Positions 50,675 to 62,891 of a stretch of DNA of 64,000 bases are shown here, one piece after another. Within the stretch, counting starts at the first letter, position 1. Each line of letters begins with the position of its first letter. Below the pieces are notes generated by a model. It worked only from the letters and a program-made list of their open reading frames with translations, did no database searches and was not told the origin of the DNA. The stretch comes from Eledone cirrhosa (lineage: Eukaryota). A program made the translations under genes and the position numbers. The DNA lies in assembly GCA_964016885.1 (NCBI GenBank), contig OZ024744.1:134602001-134666000 (forward strand), read 5' to 3'.

Positions 50675-52788
50675 AAAGTCGGGGTTAAGTTAAGTTGGCG
50701 TTAAGTTAAGTTAGGCTTAACTTAAGTTGGGGGTAAGTTAAGTTGGGGGTAAGTTAAGTTGGGGTTAAGTTAAGTTGCGGTTAAGTTGGGGTTAAGTTAA
50801 GTTAGGGTTAAGTTAAGTTGGCGTTGAGTTAAGTTGGGGTTAATTAAGTGGTGGTTATGTTAAGTTGGGGTTAATTTAAATTGGGGTGAAGTTAACTTTG
50901 TGGTTAAGTTAAGTTGGGGTTAAGTTAAGTTGGGGTTAAGTTGGGGTTGAGTTAAGTTGGGGTTGAGTGAAGTTGGGGTTAAGTTAAGTTGGGGTAAAGT
51001 TAAGTTGGGGTAAAGTTAAGTCGGGGTTAAGGTAAGTTGTGGTTGAGTTAAGTTGGGGTTAATTTAAGTTGGGGCTAAGTTAATTTGTGGTTAAGTTAAG
51101 TTGGGGTTAAGTTAAGTTGGGGTTAAGTTAAGTTGGGGTTAAGTTAAGTTGCAGTTAAGTTAAGTTGAGGTTAAGTTAAGTTGGGGTTAAGTTAAATTGG
51201 GGTTAAGTTAAGTTGGGGCTAAGTTAAGTTGGGGCTAAGTTAAGTTGGGGTTAAGTTAAGTTGGGGTTAAGTTAAGTTGGGGTTAAGTTAAGTTGGGGTT
51301 AAGTTAAGTTGGGGTTAAGTTAAGTTGGTGTTAAGTTAAGTTGGGGCTAAGTTAAGTTGGGGCTGAGTTAAGTTGGGGCTGAGTTAAGTTGGGGTTAAGT
51401 TAAGTTGGGGTTGAGTTAAGTTGGGGTTAAGTTAAGTTGGGGTCAAGTTAAGTTGGGGTTAAGTTGGGGTTAAGTTAAGTTAGGTTTAAGTTAAGTTGGG
51501 GTTAAGTTAAGTTGGGGTTAAGTTAAGTTGGGGTTAAGTTAAGTTGGGGTTAAGTTAAGTTGGGGTTAAGTTAATTTGTGGTTAAGTTAAGTTGGGGTTA
51601 AGTTAAGTTGGGGTTAAGTTAAGTTGGGGTTAAGTTAAGTCGGGGTTAAGTTAAGTTGGGGTTAAGTTAAGTTGGGGTTAATTTAAGTTGGTGTTAAGTT
51701 AAGTTGGGGTTAAGTTAAGTTGGGGTTAAGTTAAGTTGGGGATAATTTAAGTTGGGGTTAAGTTAAGTTTGGGTTTAAGTTAAGTTGGGGTTAAGTTAAG
51801 TTGGGGTTAAGTTAAGTTGGGGTTAAGTTAAGTTGGTTAGTTAAGTTGAGTTTAAGTTAAGTTGGGGTTAATTTAAGTTGGGGTTAAGTTAAGCTGGGGT
51901 TAAGTTAAGTTGGGGTTAAGTTAAGTTGCAGGTAATTTAAGTTGGGGTTAAGTTAAGTTGGGGTTAAGTTAAGTTGGGGTTAAGTTAAGTTGGGGTTAAG
52001 TTAAGTTGGGGCTAACTTAAGTTGGGGCTGAGTTAAGTTGGGGTTAAGTTAAGTTGGGGTTAAGTTAAGTTGGGGTTAAGTTAAGTTGGGGTTAAGTTAA
52101 GTTGGGGTTTATTTAAGTTGGGGTTAAGTTAAGTTGGGGTTCAGTTAAGTTGGGGTTCAGTTAAGTTGGGGTTAAGTTAAGTTGGGGTTAAGATGGGGTT
52201 AAATTACGTTGGAGTTAAGTTAAGTTGGGGTTAAGTTAAGTTGGGGTTAAGTTAAGTTGGGGTTAAGTTAAGTCGGGGTTAATTTAAGTCGGGGTTAAGT
52301 TAAGTTAGGCTTCAGTTAAGTTGGGGTTAAGTTACGTTGGGGTTGAGTTAAGTTGGGGTTGAGTTAAATTGGGGTTGAGTTAAGTTGGGGTTGAGTTAAG
52401 TTGGTGTTGAGTTAAGTTGGGGTTAAGTTAAATTGGGGTTAAGTTAAGTTGCAGTTAAGTTAAGTTGAGGTTAAGTTAAGGTGCGGTTAAGTTAAGTTGG
52501 GCTTAAGTTAAGTTGGGGCTAAGTTAAGTTGGGGCTAAGTTAAGTTGGGGCTAAGTTAAGTTGGGGTTAAGTTAAGTTGGGGTTAAGTTAAGTCGGGGTT
52601 AAGTTAAGTTGGGGTTAAGTTAAGTGGGGTTAAGTTAAGTTGGTTAGTTAAGTTGAGTTTGAGTTAAGTTGGGGTTAATTTAAGTTGGGGTTAAGTTAAG
52701 TTGGGGTTAAGTTAAGTTGGGGTTAAGTTAAGTTGGGGTTAAGTTAAGTTGGGGTTAAGTTAAGTTGGGGTTAAGTTAAGTTGGGGTT

Positions 52789-52913
52789 AACCCCAACTTA
52801 ACTTAACCCCAACTTCACTCAACCCCAACTTAACTTAACCCAAACTTCACTCAACCCCAACTTCCAACTTGACTTAACCCCAACTTAACTTAGCCCCAAC
52901 TTAACTTAAGCCC
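52789..52913 (-). repeat. Inverted satellite block 11 (125 bp, type C)
   Basis: Matches block 8. Confidence 0.96.
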
Positions 52914-55900
52914 AAAGTCGGGGTTAAGTTAAGTTGGCGTTAAGTTAAGTTGGCGTTAAGTTAAGTTAGGCTTAACTTAAGTTGGGGTTCAGTTAAGTTG
53001 GGGGTAAGTTAAGTTGGGGTTAAGTTAAGTTAGGGTTAAGTTAAGTTGGGGTTGAGTTAAGTTGGGGTTAATTAAGTGGTGGTTATGTTAAGTTGGGGTT
53101 AAGTTAAGTTGGGGTTAATTTAAATTTGGGTTAAGTTAACTTTGAGGTTAAGTTAAGTTGGGGTTAAGTTAAGTTGGGGTAAAGTTGGGGTTGAGTTAAG
53201 TTGGGGTTGAGTGAAGTTGGGGTTAAGTTAAGTTGGGGTTAAGTTAAGTTGGGGTTAAGATAAGTCGGGGTTAAGTTAAGTTGTGGTTGAGTTAAGTTGG
53301 GGTTAATTTAAGTTGGGGCTAAGTTAATTTGTGGTTAAGTTAAGTTGGGGTTAAGTTAAGTTGGGGTTGAGTTAAGTTGGGGCTGAGTTAATTTGGGGTT
53401 AAGTTAAGTTGGGGTTAAGTTAAGTTGGGTTTAAGTTAAGTTGGGGTTAAATTAAGTTGGGGTTAAATTAAGTTGGGGTTAAGTTAAGTTGGGGGTAAGT
53501 TAAGTTGGGGGAAAGTTAAGTTGGGGTTAATTTAAGTTGGGGTTAAATTAAGTTGGGGTTACGTTAAGTTGGTGTTAAGTTAAGTTGGGGTTAAGTTAAG
53601 TTGGGGTTAATTAAGTTGGGGTTAAGTTAAATTGGAGTTAAGTTAAGTTGGGGTTAATTTAAGTTGGGGTTGAGTTAAGTTGGGGTTAAGTTAAGTTGGG
53701 GTTATATTAAGTTGGGGTTAAGTTAAGTTGGGGTTCAGTTAAGTTGGGGTTAAGTTAAGTTGGGGTTAAGTTAAGTTGAGGTTAAGTTAAGTTGGGGTTA
53801 AGTTAAGTTGGTGTTAAGTTAAGTTGGGGCTAAGTTAAGTTGGGGCTGAGTTAAGTTGGGGCTGAGTTAAGTTGGGGCTAAGTTAAGTTGGGGTTGAGTT
53901 AAGTTGGGGTTAAGTTGGGGTTAAGTTAAGTTAGGTTTAAGTTAAGTTGGGGTTAAGTTAAGTTGGGGTTAAGTTAAGTTGGGGTTAAGTTAAGTTGGGG
54001 TTAAGTTAAGTTGGGGTTAAGTTAAGTTGGGGTTGAGTTAATTTGTGGTTAAGTTAAGTTGTGGTTAAGTTAAGTTGTGGTTAAGTTAAGTTGGGGTTAA
54101 GTTAAGTCGGGGTTAAGTTAAGTTGGGGTTAAGTTAAGTTGGGGTTAATTTAAGTTGGGGTTAAGTTAAGTTGGGGTTAAGTTAAGTTGGGGTTAAGTTA
54201 AGTCGGGGTTAAGTTAAGTTGGGGTTAAGTTAAGTTGGGGTTAAGTTAAGTTGGGGTTAAGTTAAGTTGGGGATAATTTAAGTTGGGGTTAAGTTAAGTT
54301 TGAGTTTAAGTTAAGTTGGGGTTAAGTTAAGTTGGGGTTAAGTTAAGTTGGGGTTAAGTTAAGTTGGTTAGTTAAGTTGAGTTTAAGTTAAGTTGGGGTT
54401 AATTTAAGTTGGGGTTAAGTTAAGCTGGGGTTAAGTTAAGTTGGGGTTAAGTTAAGTTGGGGTTAATTTAAGTTGGGGTTAAGTTAAGTTGGGGGTAAGT
54501 TAAGTTGGGGGCAAGTTAAGTTGGGGTTAATTTAAGTTGGGGTTAAATTAAGTTGGGGTTACGTTAAGTTGGTGTTAAGTTAAGTTGGGGTTAATTTAAG
54601 TTGGGGTTGAGTTAAGTTGGGGTTGAGTTAAGTTGGGGATAAGTTAAGTTGGGGTTAAGTTAAGTTGGGGTTAATTAAGTTGGGGTTAAGTTAAGTTGGG
54701 GTTAAGTTAAGTTGGGGCTAAGTTAAGTTGGGGCTGAGTTAAGTTGGGGCTGAGTTAAGTTGGGGTTAAGTTAAGTTGGGGTTGAGTTAAGTTGGGGTTA
54801 AGTTAAGTTGGGGTCAAGTTAAGTTGGGGTTAAGTTGGGGTTAAGTTAAGTTAGGTTTAAGTTAAGTTGGGGTTAAGTTAAGTTGGGGTTAAGTTAAGTT
54901 GGGGTTAAGTTAAGTTGGGGTTAATTTAAGTTGGGGTTAAGTTAATTTGTGGTTTAGTTAAGTTGGGGTTAAGTTAAGTTGGGGTTAAGTTAAGTTGGGG
55001 TTAAGTTAAGTCGGGGTTAAGTTAAGTTGGGGTTAAGTTAAGTTGGGGTTAAGTTAAGTTGGGGTTAAGTTAAGTTGGGGTTAAGTTAAGTTGGGGTTAA
55101 GTTAAGTTGGGGTTAAGTTAAGTTGAGGTTAAGTTAAGTTGGGGTTAAATTAAGTTGGGGTTAAGTTAAGTTGGGGTTAAGTTAAGTTGGGGTTAAGTTA
55201 AGTTGGGGATAAGTTAAGTTGGGGATAATTTAAGTTGGGGTTAATTTAAGTTGGGTTTAAGTTAAGTTGGGGTTAAGTTAAGTTGGGGATAAGTTAAGTT
55301 GGGGTTAAGTTAAGTTGGGGTTAAGTTAAGTTGGGGTTAAGTTTGTTGGGGCTAAGTTAAGTTGGGGCTGAGTTAAGTTGGGGTTAAGTTAAGTTGGGGT
55401 TAAGTTAAGTTGGGGTTAATTTAAGTTGGGGTTTATTTAAGTTGGGGTTAAGTTAAGTTGGGGTTCAGTTAAGTTGGGGTTAAGTTAAGTTGGGGTTAAG
55501 ATGGGGTTAAATTAAGTTGGGGTGAAGTTAAGTTTGAGTTTAAGTTAAGTTGGGGTTAAGTTAAGTTGGGGTTAAGTTAAGTTGGGGTTAAGTTAAGTTG
55601 GTTAGTTAAGTTGAGTTTAAGTTAAGTTGGGGTTAATTTAAGTTGGGGTTAAGTTAAGCTGGGGTTAAGTTAAGTTGGGGTTAAGTTAAGTTAGGGTTAA
55701 TTTAAGTTGGGGTTAATTTAAGTCGGGGTTAAGTTAAGTTGTGGTTGAGTTAAGTTGGGGTTAATTTAAGTTGGGGCTAAGTTAATTTGTGGTTAAGTTA
55801 AGTTGGGGTTAAGTTAAGTTGGGGTTAAGTTAAGTTGGGGTTGAGTTAAGTTGGGGTTGAGTTAATTTGGGGTTAAGTTAAGTTGGGATTAAGTTAAGTT

Positions 55901-55954
55901 GGGTTTAAGTTAAGTTGGGGTTAAATTAAGTTGGGGTTAAGTTAAGTTGGGGTT

Positions 55955-56168
55955 AACCCCAACGTAACTCAACCCCAACTTAACTTAACCCCAACTTCAC
56001 TCAACCCCAACGTAACTCAACCCCAACTTAACTTAACCCCAACTTCACTCAACCCCAACTTAACTTAACCCCAACTTCACTCAACCCCAACTTAAGTCAA
56101 CCCCAACTTAACTTAACTCCAACTTGACTTAACCCCAACTTAACTTAGCCCCAACTTAACTTAAGCCC
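55955..56168 (-). repeat. Inverted satellite block 12 (214 bp, type B)
   Basis: Matches block 10. Confidence 0.96.
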
Positions 56169-58347
56169 AAAGTCGGGGTTAAGTTAAGTTGGCGTTAAGT
56201 TAAGTTAGGCTTAACTTAAGTTGGGGGTAAGTTAAGTTGGGGGTAAGTTAAGTTGGGGTTAAGTTAAGTTGCGGTTAAGTTGGGGTTAAGTTAAGTTAGG
56301 GTTAAGTTAAGTTGGCGTTGAGTTAAGTTGGGGTTAATTAAGTGGTGGTTATGTTAAGTTGGGGTTAATTTAAATTGGGGTGAAGTTAACTTTGTGGTTA
56401 AGTTAAGTTGGGGTTAAGTTAAGTTGGGGTTAAGTTGGGGTTGAGTTAAGTTGGGGTTGAGTGAAGTTGGGGTTAAGTTAAGTTGGGGTAAAGTTAAGTT
56501 GGGGTTAAGTTAAGTCGGGGTTAAGGTAAGTTGTGGTTGAGTTAAGTTGGGGTTAATTTAAGTTGGGGCTAAGTTAATTTGTGGTTAAGTTAAGTTGGGG
56601 TTAAGTTAAGTTGGGGTTAAGTTAAGTTGGGGTTAAGTTAAGTTTGCAGTTAAGTTAAGTTGAGGTTAAGTTAAGTTGGGGTTAAGTTAAATTGGGGTTA
56701 AGTTAAGTTGGGGCTAAGTTAAGTTGGGGCTAAGTTAAGTTGGGGCTAAGTTAAGTTGGGGTTAAGTTAAGTTGGGGTTAAGTTAAGTTGGGGTTAAGTT
56801 AAGTTGGGGTTAAGTTAAGTTGGGGTTAAGTTAAGTTGGTGTTAAGTTAAGTTGGGGCTAAGTTAAGTTGGGGCTGAGTTAAGTTGGGGCTGAGTTAAGT
56901 TGGGGTTAAGTTAAGTTGGGGTTGAGTTAAGTTGGGGTTAAGTTAAGTTGGGGTCAAGTTAAGTTGGGGTTAAGTTGGGGTTAAGTTAAGTTAGGTTTAA
57001 GTTAAGTTGGGGTTAAGTTAAGTTGGGGTTAAGTTAAGTTGGGGTTAAGTTAAGTTGGGGTTAAGTTAAGTTGGGGTTAAGTTAATTTGTGGTTAAGTTA
57101 AGTTGGGGTTAAGTTAAGTTGGGGTTAAGTTAAGTTGGGGTTAAGTTAAGTCGGGGTTAAGTTAAGTTGGGGTTAAGTTAAGTTGGGGTTAATTTAAGTT
57201 GGGGTTAAGTTAAGTTGGGGTTAAGTTAAGTTGGGGTTAAGTTAAGTTGGGGATAATTTAAGTTGGGGTTAAGTTAAGTTTGGGTTTAAGTTAAGTTGGG
57301 GTTAAGTTAAGTTGGGGTTAAGTTAAGTTGGGGTTAAGTTAAGTTGGTTAGTTAAGTTGAGTTTAAGTTAAGTTGGGGTTAATTTAAGTTGGGGTTAAGT
57401 TAAGCTGGGGTTAAGTTAAGTTGGGGTTAAGTTAAGTTGGGGTTAATTTAAGTTGGGGTTAAGTTAAGTTGCAGGTAATTTAAGTTGGGGTTAAGTTAAG
57501 TTGGGGTTAAGTTAAGTTGGGGTTAAGTTAAGTTGGGGTTAAGTTAAGTTGGGGCTAATTTAAGTTGGGGCTGAGTTAAGTTGGGGTTAAGTTAAGTTGG
57601 GGTTAAGTTAAGTTGGGGTTAAGTTAAGTTGGGGTTAAGTTAAGTTGGGGTTTATTTAAGTTGGGGTTAAGTTAAGTTGGGGTTCAGTTAAGTTGGGGTT
57701 CAGTTAAGTTGGGGTTAAGTTAAGTTGGGGTTAAGATGGGGTTAAATTACGTTGGAGTTAAGTTAAGTTGGGGTTAAGTTAAGTTGGGGTTAAGTTAAGT
57801 TGGGGTTAAGTTAAGTCGGGGTTAATTTAAGTCGGGGTTAAGTTAAGTTAGGCTTCAGTTAAGTTGGGGTTAAGTTAAGTTGGGGTTGAGTTAAGTTGGG
57901 GTTGAGTTAAATTGGGGTTGAATTAAGTTGGGGTTGAGTTAAGTTGGTGTTGAGTTAAGTTGGGGTTAAGTTAAATTGGGGTTAAGTTAAGTTGCAGTTA
58001 AGTTAAGTTGAGGTTAAGTTAAGGTGCGGTTAAGTTAAGTTGGGCTTAAGTTAAGTTGGGGCTAAGTTAAGTTGGGGCTAAGTTAAGTTGGGGCTAAGTT
58101 AAGTTGGGGTTAAGTTAAGTTGGGGTTAAGTTAAGTCGGGGTTAAGTTAAGTTGGGGTTAAGTTAAGTGGGGTTAAGTTAAGTTGGTTAGTTAAGTTGAG
58201 TTTGAGTTAAGTTGGGGTTAATTTAAGTTGGGGTTAAGTTAAGTTGGGGTTAAGTTAAGTTGGGGTTAAGTTAAGTTGGGGTTAAGTTAAGTTGGGGTTA
58301 AGTTAAGTTGGGGTTAAGTTAAGTTGGGGTTAAGTTAAGTTGGGGTT

Positions 58348-58472
58348 AACCCCAACTTAACTTAACCCCAACTTCACTCAACCCCAACTTAACTTAACCC
58401 AAACTTCACTCAACCCCAACTTCCAACTTGACTTAACCCCAACTTAACTTAGCCCCAACTTAACTTAAGCCC
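58348..58472 (-). repeat. Inverted satellite block 13 (125 bp, type C)
   Basis: Matches block 8. Confidence 0.96.
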
Positions 58473-61400
58473 AAAGTCGGGGTTAAGTTAAGTTGGCGTT
58501 AAGTTAAGTTGGCGTTAAGTTAAGTTAGGCTTAACTTAAGTTGGGGTTCAGTTAAGTTGGGGGTAAGTTAAGTTGGGGTTGAGTTAAGTTGGGGTTAATT
58601 AAGTGGTGGTTATGTTAAGTTGGGGTTAAGTTAAGTTGGGGTTAATTTAAATTTGGGTTAAGTTAACTTTGAGGTTAAGTTAAGTTGGGGTTAAGTTAAG
58701 TTGGGGTAAAGTTGGGGTTGAGTTAAGTTGGGGTTGAGTGAAGTTGGGGTTAAGTTAAGTTGGGGTTAAGTTAAGTTGGGGTTAAGATAAGTCGGGGTTA
58801 AGTTAAGTTGTGGTTGAGTTAAGTTGGGGTTAATTTAAGTTGGGGCTAAGTTAATTTGTGGTTAAGTTAAGTTGGGGTTAAGTTAAGTTGGGGTTGAGTT
58901 AAGTTGGGGCTGAGTTAATTTGGGGTTAAGTTAAGTTGGGGTTAAGTTAAGTTGGGTTTAAGTTAAGTTGGGGTTAAATTAAGTTGGGGTTAAATTAAGT
59001 TGGGGTTAAGTTAAGTTGGGGGTAAGTTAAGTTGGGGGCAAGTTAAGTTGGGGTTAATTTAAGTTGGGGTTAAATTAAGTTGGGGTTACGTTAAGTTGGT
59101 GTTAAGTTAAGTTGGGGTTAATTTAAGTTGGGGTTAATTAAGTTGGGGTTAAGTTAAATTGGGGTTAAGTTAAGTTGGGGTTAATTTAAGTTGGGGTTGA
59201 GTTAAGTTGGGGTTAAGTTAAGTTGGGGTTATATTAAGTTGGGGTTAAGTTAAGTTGGGGTTCAGTTAAGTTGGGGTTAAGTTAAGTTGGGGTTAAGTTA
59301 AGTTGAGGTTAAGTTAAGTTGGGGTTAAGTTAAGTTGGTGTTAAGTTAAGTTGGGGCTAAGTTAAGTTGGGGCTGAGTTAAGTTGGGGCTGAGTTAAGTT
59401 GGGGCTAAGTTAAGTTGGGGTTGAGTTAAGTTGGGGTTAAGTTGGGGTTAAGTTAAGTTAGGTTTAAGTTAAGTTGGGGTTAAGTTAAGTTGGGGTTAAG
59501 TTAAGTTGGGGTTAAGTTAAGTTGGGGTTAAGTTAAGTTGGGGTTGAGTTAATTTGTGGTTAAGTTAAGTTGTGGTTAAGTTAAGTTGGGGTTAAGTTAA
59601 GTTGGGGTTAAGTTAAGTCGGGGTTAAGTTAAGTTGGGGTTAAGTTAAGTTGGGGTTAATTTAAGTTGGGGTTAAGTTAAGTTGGGGTTAAGTTAAGTTG
59701 GGGTTAAGTTAAGTTGGGGTTAAGTTAAGTTGGGGTTAAGTTAAGTTGGGGATAATTTAAGTTGGGGTTAAGTTAAGTTTGAGTTTAAGTTAAGTTGGGG
59801 TTAAGTTAAGTTGGGGTTAAGTTAAGTTGGGGTTAAGTTAAGTTGGTTAGTTAAGTTGAGTTTAAGTTAAGTTGGGGTTAATTTAAGTTGGGGTTAAGTT
59901 AAGCTGGGGTTAAGTTAAGTTGGGGTTAAGTTAAGTTGGGGTTAATTTAAGTTGGGGTTAAGTTAAGTTGGGGGTAAGTTAAGTTGGGGGCAAGTTAAGT
60001 TGGGGTTAATTTAAGTTGGGGTTAAATTAAGTTGGGGTTACGTTAAGTTGGTGTTAAGTTAAGTTGGGGTTAATTTAAGTTGGGGTTGAGTTAAGTTGGG
60101 GTTGAGTTAAGTTGGGGATAAGTTAAGTTGGGGTTAAGTTAAGTTGGGGTTAATTAAGTTGGGGTTAAGTTAAGTTGGGGTTAAGTTAAGTTGGGGCTAA
60201 GTTAAGTTGGGGCTGAGTTAAGTTGGGGCTGAGTTAAGTTGGGGTTAAGTTAAGTTGGGGTTGAGTTAAGTTGGGGTTAAGTTAAGTTGGGGTCAAGTTA
60301 AGTTGGGGTTAAGTTGGGGTTAAGTTAAGTTAGGTTTAAGTTAAGTTGGGGTTAAGTTAAGTTGGGGTTAAGTTAAGTTGGGGTTAAGTTAAGTTGGGGT
60401 TAATTTAAGTTGGGGTTAAGTTAATTTGTGGTTTAGTTAAGTTGGGGTTAAGTTAAGTTGGGGTTAAGTTAAGTTGGGGTTAAGTTAAGTCGGGGTTAAT
60501 TTAAGTTGGGGTTAAGTTAAGTTGGGGTTAAGTTAAGTTGGGGTTAAGTTAAGTTGGGGTTAAGTTAAGTTGGGGTTAAGTTAAGTTGAGGTTAAGTTAA
60601 GTTGGGGTTAAATTAAGTTGGGGTTAAGTTAAGTTGGGGTTAAGTTAAGTTGGGGTTAAGTTAAGTTGGGGATAAGTTAAGTTGGGGATAATTTAAGTTG
60701 GGGTTAATTTAAGTTGGGTTTAAGTTAAGTTGGGGTTAAGTTAAGTTGGGGATAAGTTAAGTTGGGGTTAAGTTAAGTTGGGGTTAAGTTAAGTTGGGGT
60801 TAAGTTTGTTGGGGCTAAGTTAAGTTGGGGCTGAGTTAAGTTGGGGTTCAGTTAAGTTGGGGTTAAGTTAAGTTGGGGTTAAGATGGGGTTAAATTAAGT
60901 TGGGGTGAAGTTAAGTTTGAGTTTAAGTTAAGTTGGGGTTAAGTTAAGTTGGGGTTAAGTTAAGTTGGGGTTAAGTTAAGTTGGTTAGTTAAGTTGAGTT
61001 TAAGTTAAGTTGGGGTTAATTTAAGTTGGGGTTAAGTTAAGCTGGGGTTAATTTAAGTCGGGGTTAAGTTAAGTTGTGGTTGAGTTAAGTTGGGGTTAAT
61101 TTAAGTTGGGGCTAAGTTAATTTGTGGTTAAGTTAAGTTGGGGTTAAGTTAAGTTGGGGTTAAGTTAAGTTGGGGTTGAGTTAAGTTGGGGTTGAGTTAA
61201 TTTGGGGTTAAGTTAAGTTGGGATTAAGTTAAGTTGGGTTTAAGTTAAGTTGGGGTTAAATTAAGTTGGGGTTAAATTAAGTTGGGGTTAAGTGAAGTTG
61301 GGGGTAAGTTAAGTTGGGGGCAAGTTAAGTTGGGGTTAATTTAAGTTGGGGTTAAATTAAGTTGGGGTTACGTTAAGTTGGTGTTAAGTTAAGTTGGGGT

Positions 61401-62891
61401 TAATTTAAGTTGGGGTTGAGTTAAGTTGGGGTTCAGTTAAGTTGGGGATAAGTTAAGTTGGGGTTAAGTTAAGTTGGGGTTAATTAAGTTGGGGTTAAGT
61501 TAAGTTGGGGTTAAGTTAAGTTGGGGCTAAGTTAAGTTGGGGCTGAGTTAAGTTGGGGCTGAGTTAAGTTGGGGTTAAGTTAAGTTGGGGTTGAGTTAAG
61601 TTGGGGTTAAGTTAAGTTGGGGTCAAGTTAAGTTGGGGTTAAGTTGGGGTTAAGTTAAGTTAGGTTTAAGTTAAGTTGGGGTTAAGTTAAGTTGGGGTTA
61701 AGTTAAGTTGGGGTTAAGTTAAGTTGGGGTTAAGTTAAGTTGGGGTTAAGTTAATTTGTGGTTTAGTTAAGTTGGGGTTAAGTTAAGTTGGGGTTAAGTT
61801 AAGTTGGGGTTAAGTTAAGTCGGGGTTAAGTTAAGTTGGGGTTCAGTTAAGTTGGAGTTAAGTTAAGTTGGGGTTAAGTTAAGTTGGGGTTAAATTAAGT
61901 TGGGGTTAAGTTAAGTTGGGGTTAAGTTAAGTTGAGGTTAAGTTAAGTTGGGGTTAAATTAAGTTGGGGTTAAGTTAAGTTGGGGTTAAGTTAAGTTGGG
62001 GTTAAGTTAAGTTGGGGATAAGTTAAGTTGGGGATAATTTAAGTTGGGGTTAAGTTAAGTTGGGGTTAAGTTAAGTTGGGGTTAAGTTAAGTTGGGGATA
62101 AGTTAAGTTGGTGTTAAGTTAAGTTGGGGTTAAGTTAAGTTGGGGTTAAGTTAAGTTGGGGCTAAGTTAAGTTGGGGCTGAGTTAAGTTGGGGTTAAGTT
62201 AAGTTGGGGTTAAGTTAAGTTGGGATTAATTTAAGTTGGGGTTTATTTGAGTTGGGGTTAAGTTAAGTTGGGGTTCAGTTAAGTTGGGGTTAAGTTAAGT
62301 TGGGGTTAAGATGGGGTTAAATTAAGTTGGGGTTAAGTTAAGTTGGGGTTAAGTTAAGTTGGGGTTAAGTTAAGTTGGGGTTAAGTTAAGTCGGGGTTAA
62401 GTTAAGTCGGGGTTAAATTAAGTTAGGGTTCAGTTAAGTTGGGGTTAAGTTAAGTTGGGGTCGAGTTAAGTTGGGGTTGAGTTAAATTGGGGTTGAGTTA
62501 AGTTGGGGTTGAGTTAAGTTGGTGTTGAGTTAAGTTGGGGTTAAGTTAAGTTGGGATTAAGTTAAGTTGCAGTTAAGTTAAGTTGAGGTTAAGTTAAGGT
62601 GCGGTTAAGTTAAGTTGGGGTTAAGTTAAGTTGGGGCTAAGTTAAGTTGGGGCTAAGTTAAGTTGGGGCTAAGTTAAGTTGGGGTTAAGTTACGTTGGGG
62701 TTAAGTTAAGTCGGGGTTAAGTTAAGTTGGGGTTAAGTTAAGTTGGGGTTAATTTAAGTTGGGTTTAAGTTAAGTTGGGGTCAAGTTAAGTTGGGGTTAA
62801 GTTAAGTTGGTTAGTTAAGTTGAGTTTAAGTTAAGTTGGGGTTAATTTAAGTTGGGGTTAAGTTAAGTTGGGGTTAAGTTAAGTTGGGGTT

